A stretch of DNA of 64,000 bases from positions 61,690,001 to 61,754,000 of the forward strand of contig OX597832.1 in assembly GCA_951406725.2 (NCBI GenBank), written 5' to 3'. Position numbers and translations under genes: made by a program. The notes below the pieces were generated by a model. It was not told where the DNA came from. It ran no database searches and was given only the letters and a program-made list of their open reading frames with translations. Shown one piece after another: positions 61,017 through 64,000 of this stretch. Source of the stretch: Octopus vulgaris (lineage: Eukaryota). The first letter of the stretch is position 1. The number at the start of each line of letters is the position of its first letter.

Positions 61017-62326
61017 CATATATATATATATATCAGTATGTATGCGTATGCGCATGCGTATTTATGCATTTGCAACTTCTGTTCGTGTTTGTGTGTGTGC
61101 GTTATATAAGGCACCGTATCGACCCTATTACTCGTCCTTCTAAAGACTGTTACTTAATCTATAACGCCTTTTGCCGGACCGCTGAATCAAGCGACAGACA
61201 GAAGCACGGGCACACACTTAGAGGCACGAGTGCGTACGTCATACCACACATTCCCTTGTTTAATCCCTTGCTGGTGACCGGATGGGAAAGCCACCCACTC
61301 AAACAAGTACGTTCATCTGGGAGCCGGTGATGATGTTATTGCACGCTTTCTGATCCATGGCGCCGTGTTCCTTGTTTGGTGCACTGCGCTGCATTCTACC
61401 GTGCATTGGTCGTTTCCACCACAAAGGTTGGTGCCTGTATACGAGCATTTGTATATGTGCTGGGACATGTTTCTCTCTTCGTGTTTTTGACTTCGTTGAT
61501 ACATTTATATTTCCAGATTCCCCTTGGTTGCGTTTATCTCTCAAGATGGAGTTTCCCATGTTCATATTAACACAAGTTTTCGAAAATCAGAGAAAGCATT
61601 CTACTATGCTCTCCTTAAAACAATTTTTGTCTTTCACGATGCAATTAAATGGACATTTTGGTTGCTGTCTCTCGAACATTTAGCTCTTTCCAGGATGACC
61701 ATTTGTTGACCGCAGCCGTTCTCTTGTTCCGGGGTTTATTTGTGTAAATTCGTGTATGTGTGTGTACGTGTCTAAACGGGCCTATGTAAGTATACGTTTG
61801 TATGTGCTTGTGTGTGTGGGCGTGCGTAAGTATGCGTGTATGTGAAGGCGTGCGTATGTAAGTATGCGTTTCTCTGGGTGTCTGTGTCTATATGTGTGTG
61901 TGCATGGTCGTGCATATATGTGTGTGTGTGTGCGTGTTTGTGTGAGCGTATGTTATGTAACTAAATGTGTATGTGACTCTGTGTCTATAAGTGTGAATAT
62001 GTGTTAATAGATGCAGGCAAACTTCTGAAGCGCAATGAGTTGTTATACACACAAGCAAACAAACAAACACACACACACATTCACTCTCTCGCATTCTCTC
62101 TCTTCCTCTCTCTCTCCCTCACACACACACACACATACACACAAGCACACAAACACAGGCACCCTGACAGAGGCAGTAAACATCTATAATCATAATACTG
62201 TGTTTACTCACAGTCAGTATTATTTACAACGGTTATGGCCTCCATCTCGTAATTACCTTCACTCAACCTCCGTAATTCGTGAAAAAGATACGATATTATA
62301 ATGGGCTGGAAAGAAAGAACGAAAGC

Positions 62327-62387
<61 letters not shown>

Positions 62388-62624
62388 TGTGAGGGTAGGG
62401 GCGGGAGAGAAGAAGAGACACGCTGACACAGAAATAGGGCGACAGATAGACAGACAGACGAGCTGGCAGTGAGCCATACAAGATTGAGATGACAGAAAGA
62501 AAAATCCTTCAACGGATGGAAACATTTAATTAAAGATAACAGTATGAAGTCGACCTGAGCGGATGATCAGAGATAATTTAAGACTTCCTTCAAATGGCTA
62601 CTATTGTTGATTTCGTAATCCCAA

Positions 62625-62940
62625 AAGTAAGGTGTCCAAAAATATTTAGAAATCACAGAAACATTTATTATCAATGATATTTGCATCCTTTTATGGTTTG
62701 AACATTTAATCTATTTTTCTTCATAATCGCTATTTCAGTCAATGCATTTTTGTAGGCGCTGGGGCAGCTTTTGTATGCTCACGTCATACCAGCTCACCGC
62801 CATGTCGTTGAGGAAATGTTGAACCTGTTCTTTCATCTCGTTGCTAAAGCGCGTTCCGGTCAAATGTTCTTTTAAATTTAGGGAAAAGGTGGTAGTCTCT
62901 GTGTGCCAAGTCCGGACTATAAGTTGGGTTGCTGTTTATG
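62625..62940 (-). mobile_element. Mariner transposase C-terminal fragment
   Basis: Minus peptides PTYSPDLAHRDYHLFPK and WYDVSIQKLPQRLQKCID*NSDYEEK. Confidence 0.85.
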
Positions 62941-62964
62941 GTCTTCTGTAAGCATTCGTGGAAC

Positions 62965-63157
62965 CCATCAGCGGAAACAGGAAGAAAGAGTGTGAGAATG
63001 TTCTGGTGAAAATGTACAGCAGGGTTTGCCACAACGACTCACCGCAGGTTCGTGGAGCTTTAAGTGTTTTCACTCAATCAACATTCACAACGCCTGGCCT
63101 GGCAATGGAATTCTACGATCGCGAGTCTACCGCCCTAACCACTGGGCCGTTGCACCC
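62965..63157 (-). mobile_element. SINE family C 5' half
   Basis: ctacgatcgcgagtctaccgccctaaccactgggccgttgcaccc is the reverse complement of the family C head. Confidence 0.8.
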
Positions 63158-63358
63158 ACACACTCTCACACACACACACACATATCATCAATGTTTGTTT
63201 GTATGTATGTACTAAAATATCAACGTGTATATGAGTGTATACACACACACACATATATATATGTATGTATATATATTCGTATATATATATATATATATAT
63301 GTAAACATGTAAATAATGAGGGAGATAACTAGAATATTAATTTAATTAATTAATATCA

Positions 63359-63399
<41 letters not shown>

Positions 63400-63401
<2 letters not shown>

Positions 63402-63544
63402 GGAGTAAACACATAAATGTGAAACAAGGTGAAAAAATACCAGTCGTAGAGTAATATGCTTTATTTAAAGCAGCAGAAAATTCAACAAAACCTGTTACTC
63501 AGAGTAACAGGTTTTGTTGAATTTTCTGGTGCTTTAAATAAAGT

Positions 63545-63546
<2 letters not shown>
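63400..63546. mobile_element. Short element of the 35193 family collapsed into a 45-bp-arm hairpin
   Basis: Arms 63456-63500 and 63502-63546 have 2 mismatches, with centre TACTC-A-GAGTA. Confidence 0.7.
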
Positions 63547-63632
<86 letters not shown>

Positions 63633-63650
63633 CATACATACATACATACA

Positions 63651-63746
<96 letters not shown>

Positions 63747-64000
63747 GTCTCTTAATTTTTAAGTGTACCTCAAGGAAATCTATCCGAATGGTTAAAGGCC
63801 TGAGAGATAAAACGTCTGGATCTGAGAACACAGGTTCGCTTTCTGCACAGTGCATTTTAGTATTCCTAACTTTTCCAAGCTTTAAGGATAGTTCCCTAGA
63901 TAATTACATGCATAAATACATGATACACATGAACACACATGGACAGACTTATGTCCTTGTTAAAGCAAAAGGTAATATAGTGAGGTTCTAGTTCATAGGA

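Noticed and set aside
61299-61565. Minus ORF containing WWKRPMHG, reminiscent of an R4/Dong motif
   Set aside because: It is a single short motif, and the expected downstream conserved residues are absent.

Overview
AT-rich, microsatellite-saturated eukaryotic non-coding DNA. The (TA)n/(CA)n/(GATA)n/(ATT)n density and the tRNA-derived SINE families suggest a cephalopod (octopus-like) genome; this is inference and was not database-checked. No intact protein-coding gene is supported, and almost all ORFs in the track are translations of simple repeats. The window holds at least four SINE families, a 5'-truncated L1/Tx1-type LINE between two (GATA)n tracts with a fold-back 5' end, an R4/Dong-type endonuclease fragment abutting (TAA)n, four Tc1/mariner remnants and a Penelope-like GIY-YIG remnant. 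The main unexplained signal is a set of type I hammerhead-ribozyme motifs from about four unrelated short repeat families. One is a canonical-core copy with a 63-nt stem II insertion (19961-20066), and several occur as inverted pairs. Fold-back palindromes are frequent, the largest being 1.44 kb and centred on (TA)n (55623-57064).
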